Virus record (IMG/VR): IMGVR_UViG_3300037485_001282 | Coordinates: 1 to 64,000 of that record | Source of the DNA: a virus | Reading direction: 5' to 3' (one strand) | DNA: 64,000 nt | Shown: positions 1-7,798 of the stretch, one piece after another | How positions within the stretch are numbered: position 1 is the first letter of the stretch | How the letters are laid out: every line of letters starts with the position of its first letter | Position numbers and translations under genes: made by a program | Notes under the pieces: generated by a model | Database searches by the model: none | What the model was told of the DNA's origin: nothing | What the model saw: only the letters and a program-made list of their open reading frames with translations

Positions 1-1075
1 ATGCTGGATGAATCTCAACAACTTCGATATTATTAATTATTCCTAACATTTTTATCTTATCAATAAACAATCTATAAGGCCAACAATTCTTATTCTTTCT
101 ATTAACAAACTTATTATTAAATGCTGATTTTTCTTTCGACTTCTTTTCAAAAGAAAAATTCAATTCTTCAACCGAAATCTTTTTAACTTGGAAATGAATA
201 GCAGTTTTTATTAAAGAATGAACAATTTGCAAAATCTCGTAATTGCGTTTATTAGTCAAATATTTCGATTCTGGATCGTCAGAAGGTTTTCCTGATTTAA
301 CTGTCAAATTCGACAAATCAAAGCATTCTGCCTTTATAATCTTTCCACTTGGTTGGTCAACAATCGAATAACCAATATTGTCAGGATTCAAATCAATTCC
401 CATTACTCGTTGATCCAAAACTTTATGTGGAGTTTCAACAAAATTTTCAACATCTATCGTTATGTTAATTCGTTTGTCATCTAATCTAACTGAGAAACAT
501 TTGCCATTATCCTGAATGTATTTTAGTTTTTCGATATAAGTACGACGTAAGCCAACAAACTTAATTGGAATCTTTATTCCTCGCTCTGGTTTAAAAATTA
601 ATTGATTATTATCTATGTCTAGTTCAAACTTTCTATTACCACCTCGGTTTTCTTCTCCAATGGATTCAAGCATGTAGATTCGTTCTTGTTTCCATTCGGC
701 TGAAGAAATCTTTCCCTCTGCTCTTTCTTTAAACTTTTTTCTTGTTCCAAATATCGGAACATGCATTCTTGGTTTGATTTTGTTTTTATCTTTTGATTTT
801 TCAAAAGATTTCATTGCTGAATCAAACTGTTTTTTATGGGCAGAAAACAATCCATCTGCCTTAATGACAGCACACCGAATAAACCAAGAATCGAGTGTTT
901 GAATGTTTTCGTAGTTATATAGTTTATGTTCTGTGTCTTTCTTTGTTTCCCCTCTATTGAGTTCGTTGTAAGCACAACGAAACATATTAGAGAACTGCCG
1001 ACAAACATTTTGAACATGTTCTCTCTGTTCTTCGTCTTCAATTTTTATATCGGCAGAGATAACAAAACTACTCAT
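1..1075 (-). CDS. tnpB: TnpB-like (IS200/IS605 accessory) RuvC nuclease, 3' end outside window
   Basis: Manual translation from ATG at 1075 is open to the window edge (358 codons, MSSFVISADIK...). It shows FSNMFRCAYN, FGTRKKF..EGKISSAEWKQER..LESIGE...GNRKF, RuvC-I VMGIDLNPD, RuvC-II ISVEELNF and VEIHPA(Y). Absent from the ORF track because its stop lies outside the window. Confidence 0.85.
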   Translation of the reverse strand, partial: MSSFVISADIKIEDEEQREHVQNVCRQFSNMFRCAYNELNRGETKKDTEHKLYNYENIQTLDSWFIRCAVIKADGLFSAHKKQFDSAMKSFEKSKDKNKIKPRMHVPIFGTRKKFKERAEGKISSAEWKQERIYMLESIGEENRGGNRKFELDIDNNQLIFKPERGIKIPIKFVGLRRTYIEKLKYIQDNGKCFSVRLDDKRINITIDVENFVETPHKVLDQRVMGIDLNPDNIGYSIVDQPSGKIIKAECFDLSNLTVKSGKPSDDPESKYLTNKRNYEILQIVHSLIKTAIHFQVKKISVEELNFSFEKKSKEKSAFNNKFVNRKNKNCWPYRLFIDKIKMLGIINNIEVVEIHPA

Positions 1076-1082
1076 ATACACC

Positions 1083-1090
1083 TATTTATA
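1083..1090 (-). promoter_or_regulatory. T4-type late promoter TATAAATA upstream of tnpB-like gene
   Basis: Minus strand reads TATAAATA-GGTGTAT-ATG. Confidence 0.55.
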
Positions 1091-1194
1091 TAAAATACCA
1101 CAAAAAATAAGTTTATATGAAATTTTATTATTTTATACAAAAACGGCATTTGCTCCCGTCATAATTGCTTTCCTTCTTAGTTTCTTGAGAGGGG

Positions 1195-1222
1195 ATTATA
1201 GCGGCTTTTTGTAGGAAGTCAA
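1195..1222 (-). promoter_or_regulatory. sigma70-like promoter TTGACT-N16-TATAAT
   Basis: Minus strand: TTGACT tcctacaaaaagccgc TATAAT, directly after a terminator. Confidence 0.65.
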
Positions 1223-1230
1223 TAGCCGAC

Positions 1231-1263
1231 AAAAAAGCCCCTAAAAGAAACTTCTAGGGGCTT
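1231..1263 (-). terminator. Rho-independent terminator
   Basis: AAGCCCCTA/TAGGGGCTT stem followed by a T-run on the minus strand, downstream of 1288..2085. Confidence 0.75.
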
Positions 1264-1287
1264 AAAGGTACTTCTAGCAACTACTTA

Positions 1288-2085
1288 TTAACTTTCAAAT
1301 TTATTTTTAAGACGCAAATACTCTTGGTACTCTTTAGTATCTTGCTGGGTTATTCCAAGTAACTGGAATTTAAAAGTAAGTGACTCAATAAGCGGATCGT
1401 CGCCTAACCAGTCAACAGTAGTAAATTGTTGGTTACTCTTAGAACCTTCAATAGTCGCTCCAGCGTTTGATAATGATCTGGATTTAATGGTATCACATGA
1501 ATAAGTTACATGTGATGATTTACTTCCACGTAAACAATTTATATTAGTGGATGAGTTAAATTCGGCCCCACTACTAGAGAGCGTAACTGGTCTATAATTC
1601 ATCCAAGTAGCGTCTCCAGAAGATCCTAGCGGACATCCAGGTGGATAATCGGAAGGCTGAAATGGCATTGTCCATTCCCATCTCTTCCACGATTCATTGT
1701 CTCCTATAGTGAAATGGGATCGACCTTTCTCGAAATTAACATTTACAGTAATTATTCCATTTTCTTTACTAGTTGGATCAGCAACTTCTGAGTTTGAAAT
1801 AGGAACAAACTTAAATTTACGATCCGAATTAAGGAATCTCTCAAGGGTGCATTGATGTTTAGCTGAAACTATAAGTCCATCATTAGTGACTGAAGTTCCA
1901 TCAATGTCAATATCCAAACGAATATTTCTTTCGTGAGAATTTTTGATGAGAATCTGATATTCAGAATCGAATGGAAGATGAACGGTTGACTTTCTACCGT
2001 TAGATAATCTTTCAGAAGAGTATCCTCTAAAAGATTTTTGTTTTGAGTCGAGGATAGCCACGACTATGCTGTTTAAATGCATCAT
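1288..2085 (-). CDS. Conserved hypothetical phage protein (YxIxxxN...IDIDG...LERF...KFKF family)
   Basis: 265-aa ORF with AAAGGA RBS; motif pattern recalled from an uncharacterised phage family. Confidence 0.75.
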   Translation of the reverse strand: MMHLNSIVVAILDSKQKSFRGYSSERLSNGRKSTVHLPFDSEYQILIKNSHERNIRLDIDIDGTSVTNDGLIVSAKHQCTLERFLNSDRKFKFVPISNSEVADPTSKENGIITVNVNFEKGRSHFTIGDNESWKRWEWTMPFQPSDYPPGCPLGSSGDATWMNYRPVTLSSSGAEFNSSTNINCLRGSKSSHVTYSCDTIKSRSLSNAGATIEGSKSNQQFTTVDWLGDDPLIESLTFKFQLLGITQQDTKEYQEYLRLKNKFES

Positions 2086-2090
2086 TTTCG

Positions 2091-2162
2091 TCCTTTCTTA
2101 AAGCCAAACGACTAGTGGCTGGGGTATTAAAGTCGCTAAACGGCGGCGATGCGGTGCCGCTG
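2091..2162 (-). promoter_or_regulatory. GC-rich structured 5' leader, candidate cis-regulatory RNA
   Basis: GCGGC/GCCGC hairpin plus crossing pairings CGACT/AGTCG and AGCCA/TGGCT just upstream of the RBS. Confidence 0.4.
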
Positions 2163-2178
2163 AAATTGATTATACCAA

Positions 2179-2949
2179 CTATTTATTATTTTCTTTTATT
2201 TCTTCTTCGTAGTGTTCCATTAATTCGAAGTACATCTGATATATTCTCTTAAGCCACTTTCGATGATATTTTTCATTTTCTGGAATTTGATTATAAGTTT
2301 TTGGATTATGTTTATTAAATAAAATCCAAAATTTATCTACGAAATCTTGAGCAGAATCACCGAAAGTCTCTAAGAAAGAACATTTAGAAGAAACTACTTC
2401 ATCAACCGTGTCTTTGAGAAACTTTCGGAATTGGTGAAAGTAAGCATTAAATTCGTCGGGAGTTGTTATTACTCCTTGTTGATCTGTACAGGTTCTCTTA
2501 TGTTCATTCTTATAGGAATAATAATTTAAAAAATGAGTTAATTCATGGTAAACGGTATATTTAAAATGTTCTATTATCTTAATGAAGTTCTTATTATCAA
2601 AATCTTCTTTTAAGTCATCCCCAACGCAAATAACAACACAGGGTATCTTCTCTTCTTGTTTCCTAGTCGCTGAGGCTAGAAACGAAAAGTAACCAGTTCT
2701 ATGTGAGTTACTTACTCTTTCTATTATAAACTTAAAAGAGAACCGAGGAATAAAAAGAGACGCTTTACCTTCTTTATTTTCTTTATAAGTTTTTATAATT
2801 TCCTTATATAGAACATCTAATCCTCTAGTGAATTGATCGTCGCCTTTTCTTTCAGTCAACACCCCACATTCACATAAACAATCATCAACATCGTATATTT
2901 CGATGTTCTTAAATGCTTCTTTTAATCGTTTCTCAAGTTTAGATAACAT
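2179..2949 (-). CDS. Putative zinc metallopeptidase (HExxH)
   Basis: VYHELTHF plus a downstream PDEFNAY acidic ligand motif. Confidence 0.6.
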   Translation of the reverse strand: MLSKLEKRLKEAFKNIEIYDVDDCLCECGVLTERKGDDQFTRGLDVLYKEIIKTYKENKEGKASLFIPRFSFKFIIERVSNSHRTGYFSFLASATRKQEEKIPCVVICVGDDLKEDFDNKNFIKIIEHFKYTVYHELTHFLNYYSYKNEHKRTCTDQQGVITTPDEFNAYFHQFRKFLKDTVDEVVSSKCSFLETFGDSAQDFVDKFWILFNKHNPKTYNQIPENEKYHRKWLKRIYQMYFELMEHYEEEIKENNK

Positions 2950-2951
2950 AA

Positions 2952-3695
2952 TTAATCCTTATTTATTTCTCGCCATCTTTCTATCGACATCTGAGTGTAC
3001 TTTAAAGGCGCTAACCCGTAGTTACCAAGAGCGTACCCATCATTCAATTCAACTATTAAGGTTCTACCAAGCGAATCATTTCCTACATCTAACGAATAAA
3101 ACACAGGCATCTTAAGCGACTTTAAGATTCTAAAAATATCTTCTACTACATCTAAATTAAGCTCAAAAGAATCTTTCCAGTCGCTCACATAATATTTAAA
3201 GAAATCCACTATTTCGTTCCTAAAGATGTAAAATCTATATTCGCTTTTAAAAGATACTACATCGCTAACGTAGATCATGGTAGAATCTTCGATAGATGCT
3301 TTAAGTACCTTTAGATCCGCTATCGAAGAAACTACTCGGGCTTCAAAAAGTTTATTCCTAATCGGCTTAATAAAGTAATTCTGATCATCTTTAAAAGATT
3401 CTTCAAAGTTCCTAAAAGAAACTTGAGTTATGTTCCTTCCATAGAAACTCTTAAGTTCCTCTGGATACCCTAAAGATTCTGGAATAGGAACTTTGTTTTC
3501 GTTTAGGATAAAATGGCAAAGATTAATGTGTCCACAAAAGATGTCACTTTTAGTAACCTTTTGTACACCTAAGTAAATTTCAGTTTCTTTAATTAACTTA
3601 GTAGGTAATCCAAGATTCAAATAGCCGTCATAAAGATCTAGTTGGTCCCGATCCTTTAATTGGCTTTTAGAATCTACGAGTACATAAGCAGTCAA
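2952..3695 (-). CDS. ATP-grasp domain protein (DUF4343-like)
   Basis: YPEELKSFYGRNI, FIKP, SEYRFYI, YSLDVG, IVELNDGYALGNYG. Confidence 0.8.
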   Translation of the reverse strand: MTAYVLVDSKSQLKDRDQLDLYDGYLNLGLPTKLIKETEIYLGVQKVTKSDIFCGHINLCHFILNENKVPIPESLGYPEELKSFYGRNITQVSFRNFEESFKDDQNYFIKPIRNKLFEARVVSSIADLKVLKASIEDSTMIYVSDVVSFKSEYRFYIFRNEIVDFFKYYVSDWKDSFELNLDVVEDIFRILKSLKMPVFYSLDVGNDSLGRTLIVELNDGYALGNYGLAPLKYTQMSIERWREINKD

Positions 3696-4226
3696 TCAAA
3701 GTTCCTTATCTAAATAATAGTTTCTGTTATCAATTAACCGTTCCTTTAGATGATAAACTGCTTCATTTATGTCATTCATTAATATAATTCCGTATCTCTG
3801 ACAAACTATATCAACATTACCTTTGCGCCAAAATCCGTTTGGACAGCATACGATTAACTTTCCACTCGATGCGAATAGTCCAAGTTCCAATAAACTAATA
3901 GGTGATTTTGTCTTAGGATCAAAGTACATAAAGATAAAATGCGACATCGATAGTGCATCAAGTTCCCAGTTAACTTGCTTAACGAATTCGGGGCTATCTT
4001 GGTGCCACGTTGAGTTCCAATCGTCTCTTCTTGGGTTAAAAATGTAAGAAGCCATCCCAGTTATTTCCCCAGTTACTGTTTTTTGCCAATCTATCGCGGT
4101 TCCCATTTCAATTGACCCCGCTAGGAAAACCGAAAGTGGACGAAAACCTCCCATATGGGTAATATCTGGCAGTGAGGTTGGTGGTTTAATTACTTTAGTA
4201 ATCATAGATTTAACTCTTCTTTCCAT
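3696..4226 (-). CDS. Nucleoside 2-deoxyribosyltransferase-like protein (likely start 4205)
   Basis: VFLAGSIEMG..DWQ, FNPRRDDW, QVNWELDAL, SPISLLELGL, FWRKGNVDIVC. Confidence 0.85.
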   Translation of the reverse strand: MERRVKSMITKVIKPPTSLPDITHMGGFRPLSVFLAGSIEMGTAIDWQKTVTGEITGMASYIFNPRRDDWNSTWHQDSPEFVKQVNWELDALSMSHFIFMYFDPKTKSPISLLELGLFASSGKLIVCCPNGFWRKGNVDIVCQRYGIILMNDINEAVYHLKERLIDNRNYYLDKEL

Positions 4227-4474
4227 TTATTGGCGATTTTATTTGCTTCTTCAATGTCTTCTTTCGAATAGGGGTTAAAGTATTTTTCGATATATTCTTT
4301 AATTGCGTTAGCCAGTTGTTCCTCATTTAGAGTTACGTTAGCTATGTTCTGATTTTTATCACTTGAAACGTAAGTTACTCTTACACCATCTTCGTCAAAA
4401 ATGTTTATCTTTGAGTTCCCACTAGAGATCTCAAAGTAATAATAACCACCATCATCTGGACAAAAGCTAATCAT
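4202..4474 (-). CDS. Hypothetical protein
   Basis: 90-aa ORF with ATGA-coupled overlaps to neighbours. Confidence 0.6.
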   Translation of the reverse strand: MISFCPDDGGYYYFEISSGNSKINIFDEDGVRVTYVSSDKNQNIANVTLNEEQLANAIKEYIEKYFNPYSKEDIEEANKIANKWKEELNL

Positions 4475-4788
4475 TTGGAACCTTCCATTAACTCGTTGTA
4501 ACTTGAGTATCTCATTGCTCTTTTCTTTGCTTCTTTAATTTCCTTCGTAGTTAATATCTTTGGCTTATGCATGATTATCTTATCTATTTTATTTTCGGTG
4601 TCGATTATCCAAGTAAAATTATTGCCGCACTTAATGTACTTTCTAGAAACTTTAGCAATTTCAGATTCATTAAATGTAGCAAAGCAATCACTCCGTTCCC
4701 CAGAATAGTCAATTAATCTGGCTCTGAAAGATTTTCCTTCTTCTAGAGTCTCAGTTACTTGGAAAATTTCGCCAATAAACTTAACCAT
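4471..4788 (-). CDS. Hypothetical protein
   Basis: 105-aa ORF in a tightly packed operon. Confidence 0.65.
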   Translation of the reverse strand: MVKFIGEIFQVTETLEEGKSFRARLIDYSGERSDCFATFNESEIAKVSRKYIKCGNNFTWIIDTENKIDKIIMHKPKILTTKEIKEAKKRAMRYSSYNELMEGSK

Positions 4789-5151
4789 TTAGTCGTATTC
4801 CTTAAGAATAACTATTCCATTTATCTTATCCAGGTTCCGTATGGACTCCTGAATATTATCATCGTGAATAGAAACTCTTTTTTCGTAGATCTTAAAGTTA
4901 TTCTTTTTGAGATTCTCTATTTCATCTTTCCAATTACCTTCAGTAACCCAAGAGTCACTATTTGCTGGACAAAAGGAACAAGTATCGTAATCATCGGAAG
5001 ACTCTAGAATTAACTTAATAGAATCTTCAATGAACTTTTTCCATTTCTTATCAGTATCTATTAAGTTACTTAAATTTTCTATTCCGCCTTTAATGGCGAT
5101 AATGAACGAGGTACTTGAAGAATTGGTTACGAAACCTTGGCGATATTTCAT
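4789..5151 (-). CDS. Hypothetical protein with N-terminal GFVTNSSSTSF motif
   Basis: MKYRQGFVTNSSSTSFII; a recurrent uncharacterised phage/bacterial N-terminal motif. Confidence 0.75.
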   Translation of the reverse strand: MKYRQGFVTNSSSTSFIIAIKGGIENLSNLIDTDKKWKKFIEDSIKLILESSDDYDTCSFCPANSDSWVTEGNWKDEIENLKKNNFKIYEKRVSIHDDNIQESIRNLDKINGIVILKEYD

Positions 5152-5576
5152 TGGGATATTCCTATGTCGAATTTGCTGTTGTGGATTGCTAGATCTTGTG
5201 TTGCTTCAATTGACCATTTAACATCTAACATTCTTCTGGTTGCCTTAATTTCTTGAGTTTCGTACCCATTAAATATCTTGATAATTCCAGTATCTATTTT
5301 TTGATGTCTAATCAATCTATCTTTTAGAGACCAGTATTTTTCTGGTGCTCTATAAGAAGTTTCTGAATAAAACTCAAAAGGAACTCTATTGTCAGAAATT
5401 ATTGCCCATTTCTTTTCTAGAACCTTTATATTGACTGGAAATTCAATTATCTTATTTCGAATCAGATAATCAAAATCCTCATACCAAAAATTGGCTATTT
5501 CGTAGCCTTTCCCATCCTCTGCGTCTAAGGAAAAGTAATTTCCGTGATTTAATGGAAAGTCTTTTTCATCAGCCAT
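5148..5576 (-). CDS. Hypothetical protein
   Basis: 142-aa ORF, stop overlapping the next start. Confidence 0.65.
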   Translation of the reverse strand: MADEKDFPLNHGNYFSLDAEDGKGYEIANFWYEDFDYLIRNKIIEFPVNIKVLEKKWAIISDNRVPFEFYSETSYRAPEKYWSLKDRLIRHQKIDTGIIKIFNGYETQEIKATRRMLDVKWSIEATQDLAIHNSKFDIGISQ

Positions 5577-5643
5577 AACACCAACGCAACTAGCGAATCC
5601 TAGTGAAGTCGCTTTAAGGTTCTTTAAATTTTCTATTTTTTGT

Positions 5644-5820
5644 TCATTTTAGTTCCTTTGAGTTCCTAAATTGAATAACTCTTTTAGTGGCTTCTTCCCG
5701 TGTCATTTTCCCATCCCCAAACACAGAGTCACCATAAAGTAAATTATTGGTGGCTTCTTCAACTGTGAATGGTGGAAGAAACTCGCTTCCAGGTTCATGT
5801 GATGCTTTTAATTTGTTCAT
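5644..5820 (-). CDS. Small hypothetical protein (58 aa, not in ORF track)
   Basis: AAGGAACTCAAA-ATG start; MNKLKASHEPGSEF...RNSKELK. Confidence 0.55.
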   Translation of the reverse strand: MNKLKASHEPGSEFLPPFTVEEATNNLLYGDSVFGDGKMTREEATKRVIQFRNSKELK

Positions 5821-5842
5821 TTTGAGTTCCTTTCAAAACTTT

Positions 5843-6313
5843 TTAGTTTGATATTTTCCAATATTGGAAATTTTTGGGATCTACTTCTATATTTTCTCTA
5901 AACTCGGTATAAACATTTGCTCCATATGATTCCAATATAAAAGTTAAAGACGGAAATATACCCATTAACTTAAAAATGAATTGTTTGGTTTTCTCAACGC
6001 TGGCGGTAAATGAATACATCCCATCAACTTCGCTACTTTCAAAAATATCAAAATAATTTAGCGATGAATCAACTTTAGTACAATCAATAGATTTGTTTAT
6101 GCTTTTATAAGCAGTTAATAATTCATTAAATTTATAACTATTGTATCTATGTGGGTGATTAGTTTCAACAAATTCCATAACTTTCGACCAATCATAACTT
6201 GAATCGTCTCTTTTAAGAAACTCGCGCATTGCTAACCGAGTATCAGCGACCCCCCAAATAATTAGGTGCCATGAATAATAACCACGTTTATATGCTGTGA
6301 AATCATGAGTCAT
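5843..6313 (-). CDS. Hypothetical protein
   Basis: 156-aa ORF with AAGGAACT RBS. Confidence 0.7.
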   Translation of the reverse strand: MTHDFTAYKRGYYSWHLIIWGVADTRLAMREFLKRDDSSYDWSKVMEFVETNHPHRYNSYKFNELLTAYKSINKSIDCTKVDSSLNYFDIFESSEVDGMYSFTASVEKTKQFIFKLMGIFPSLTFILESYGANVYTEFRENIEVDPKNFQYWKISN

Positions 6314-6534
6314 TTTAGTTCCTTTGAGTTCCTATAAGAGTGACTTGTCCACGCATTTGCTACTTGAAATTTTCCACTAATCGACTTAAAATATTCTATT
6401 TCTTTTTGCAATGAAGTTTCTTCAGTTTCTATAATGCTACTTTCGATATGCGCTACTAGTTCAGGTGACATTGGCTTTTCGTTTTCTTCTGGAGTTACTT
6501 TATATAATACTTTTAATAGTCTATTATCAGTCAT
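6310..6534 (-). CDS. Hypothetical protein
   Basis: 74-aa ORF with AAGGA RBS. Confidence 0.6.
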   Translation of the reverse strand: MTDNRLLKVLYKVTPEENEKPMSPELVAHIESSIIETEETSLQKEIEYFKSISGKFQVANAWTSHSYRNSKELK

Positions 6535-6774
6535 TTAAATTTCCTTATTGTTAATCGACTTCGGACCAACGCCATATTCCACTTCAAACTCTTCTATCAA
6601 TGAAGTGTCTCCATCCAGCGTCCCTTTCACATAACCACGAACACATGCAATGCCGCTCTTTACCCATTCGTTCCAATCATCCTTAGTAAATCTATTGCCA
6701 TCATAATTATATACTTCGGTTCCCGCATCATAGTAACTATTGGGTTTAGCTATCAACTTTATGTGATTATTCAT
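6535..6774 (-). CDS. Hypothetical protein
   Basis: 79-aa ORF with coupled stop/start. Confidence 0.6.
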   Translation of the reverse strand: MNNHIKLIAKPNSYYDAGTEVYNYDGNRFTKDDWNEWVKSGIACVRGYVKGTLDGDTSLIEEFEVEYGVGPKSINNKEI

Positions 6775-7196
6775 TAAATTTTCCTTATTGGCTGGTAGGG
6801 ATACATTAAGCGTCTTAGATTTTCTTCGCTGCGGTCAAGATAAACTTCTTGTTCCTTAATAGTTCCTTTAATATAATTAACTACGAAACTTGCTAAAGGT
6901 ACATGATAATAAGTTAAAACATACCCAGTACCTCCAAAGTTACTTGATAAGACAAGCATATTCACTCTTTCCTTATGAACTTTAAGGAACTCAATACAAT
7001 CTTCCTTAGTCAATACGGAACTATCTATTTTCCTAACAGCATGGAAGATTATCTTATCGGTTTCTTCATCAATGAACTTGATTTTCTTATCAACTTCATT
7101 TAACATTTTCTCTTCTAGTTCCTTAGCGAAACTTGAAAGATACTTTTGATCTTCTTCAATTTCTCTATAATTAACTTTAGTCCAGTCAATGCTCAT
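6774..7196 (-). CDS. Hypothetical protein
   Basis: 140-aa ORF with AAGGAACT RBS. Confidence 0.65.
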   Translation of the reverse strand: MSIDWTKVNYREIEEDQKYLSSFAKELEEKMLNEVDKKIKFIDEETDKIIFHAVRKIDSSVLTKEDCIEFLKVHKERVNMLVLSSNFGGTGYVLTYYHVPLASFVVNYIKGTIKEQEVYLDRSEENLRRLMYPYQPIRKI

Positions 7197-7498
7197 TCTA
7201 GTTCCTTTAAGATACTTTCAGTTACTTTAAGTCGCTGATATGAACTTAGAGGAACTGAATTATGTTTATTTAATTTAAAAGAATCTTTCATATTGATCTT
7301 AACATTCGATTCTATTTTAAAATTCACGTTTTCTCTAACGACTTTAGCTACAGATAAGTCCAAAAAATCCTTATACATATAACATAAAACAAGATACCCG
7401 TCATCGTCATCTGGATTTACTTTCGTTAATTTAGTAGCTAACTTCCCATAGAATAACTTTATAATTTCTCTTTTTCTAATTAGTTCAGAAAACTTCAT
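7193..7498 (-). CDS. Hypothetical protein ending VTESILKELE
   Basis: 101-aa ORF. Confidence 0.6.
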   Translation of the reverse strand: MKFSELIRKREIIKLFYGKLATKLTKVNPDDDDGYLVLCYMYKDFLDLSVAKVVRENVNFKIESNVKINMKDSFKLNKHNSVPLSSYQRLKVTESILKELE

Positions 7499-7524
7499 TC
7501 TAGTTCCTTTAAGATACTTTCAGT
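7193..7524. repeat. 30-bp direct repeat at gene junctions (7193-7222 and 7495-7524; partial third copy 7785-7799)
   Basis: tcattctagttcctttaagatactttcagt occurs twice. Confidence 0.85.
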
Positions 7525-7788
7525 AACTAAAAGTTTCTGTAACTCCGAGATACTTCTATTTTCTAGCTCAAGTCGCTTAAGATATGGAAGATATACGTTA
7601 TTCTTAGATTTTAAATTATGATAAATTAAGAGGAAAAGATTTGTGGAACGATTAAAATTGGCTATATTATTTAAACAATTCTCAAAATATTCATCTCTTT
7701 GTTTTACGTGGGGGTTAACTCTATTTTCTACTAAGTTCCTTAAAGTTACCTTAAGTAAATTATGGGAAATTATATCTTCTTGGTTCAT
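7495..7788 (-). CDS. Hypothetical protein ending VTESILKELE
   Basis: 97-aa ORF. Confidence 0.6.
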   Translation of the reverse strand: MNQEDIISHNLLKVTLRNLVENRVNPHVKQRDEYFENCLNNIANFNRSTNLFLLIYHNLKSKNNVYLPYLKRLELENRSISELQKLLVTESILKELE

Positions 7789-7798
7789 TCTAGTTCCT

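Larger units (their letters stand above)
5644..6334. repeat. 25-bp direct repeat at two gene junctions (5644-5668 and 6310-6334)
   Basis: tcattttagttcctttgagttccta occurs twice; both upstream genes end in RNSKELK. Confidence 0.85.

Noticed and set aside
619-1041. Track ORFs 619..804 and 811..1041
   Set aside because: Off-frame shadows inside the longer TnpB-like frame 1..1075.
2096-2165. tRNA or fluoride/preQ1/SAM-II riboswitch in the GC-rich intergenic segment
   Set aside because: No cloverleaf or T-loop and no match to the consensus sequences I recall; kept only as an unassigned structured leader.
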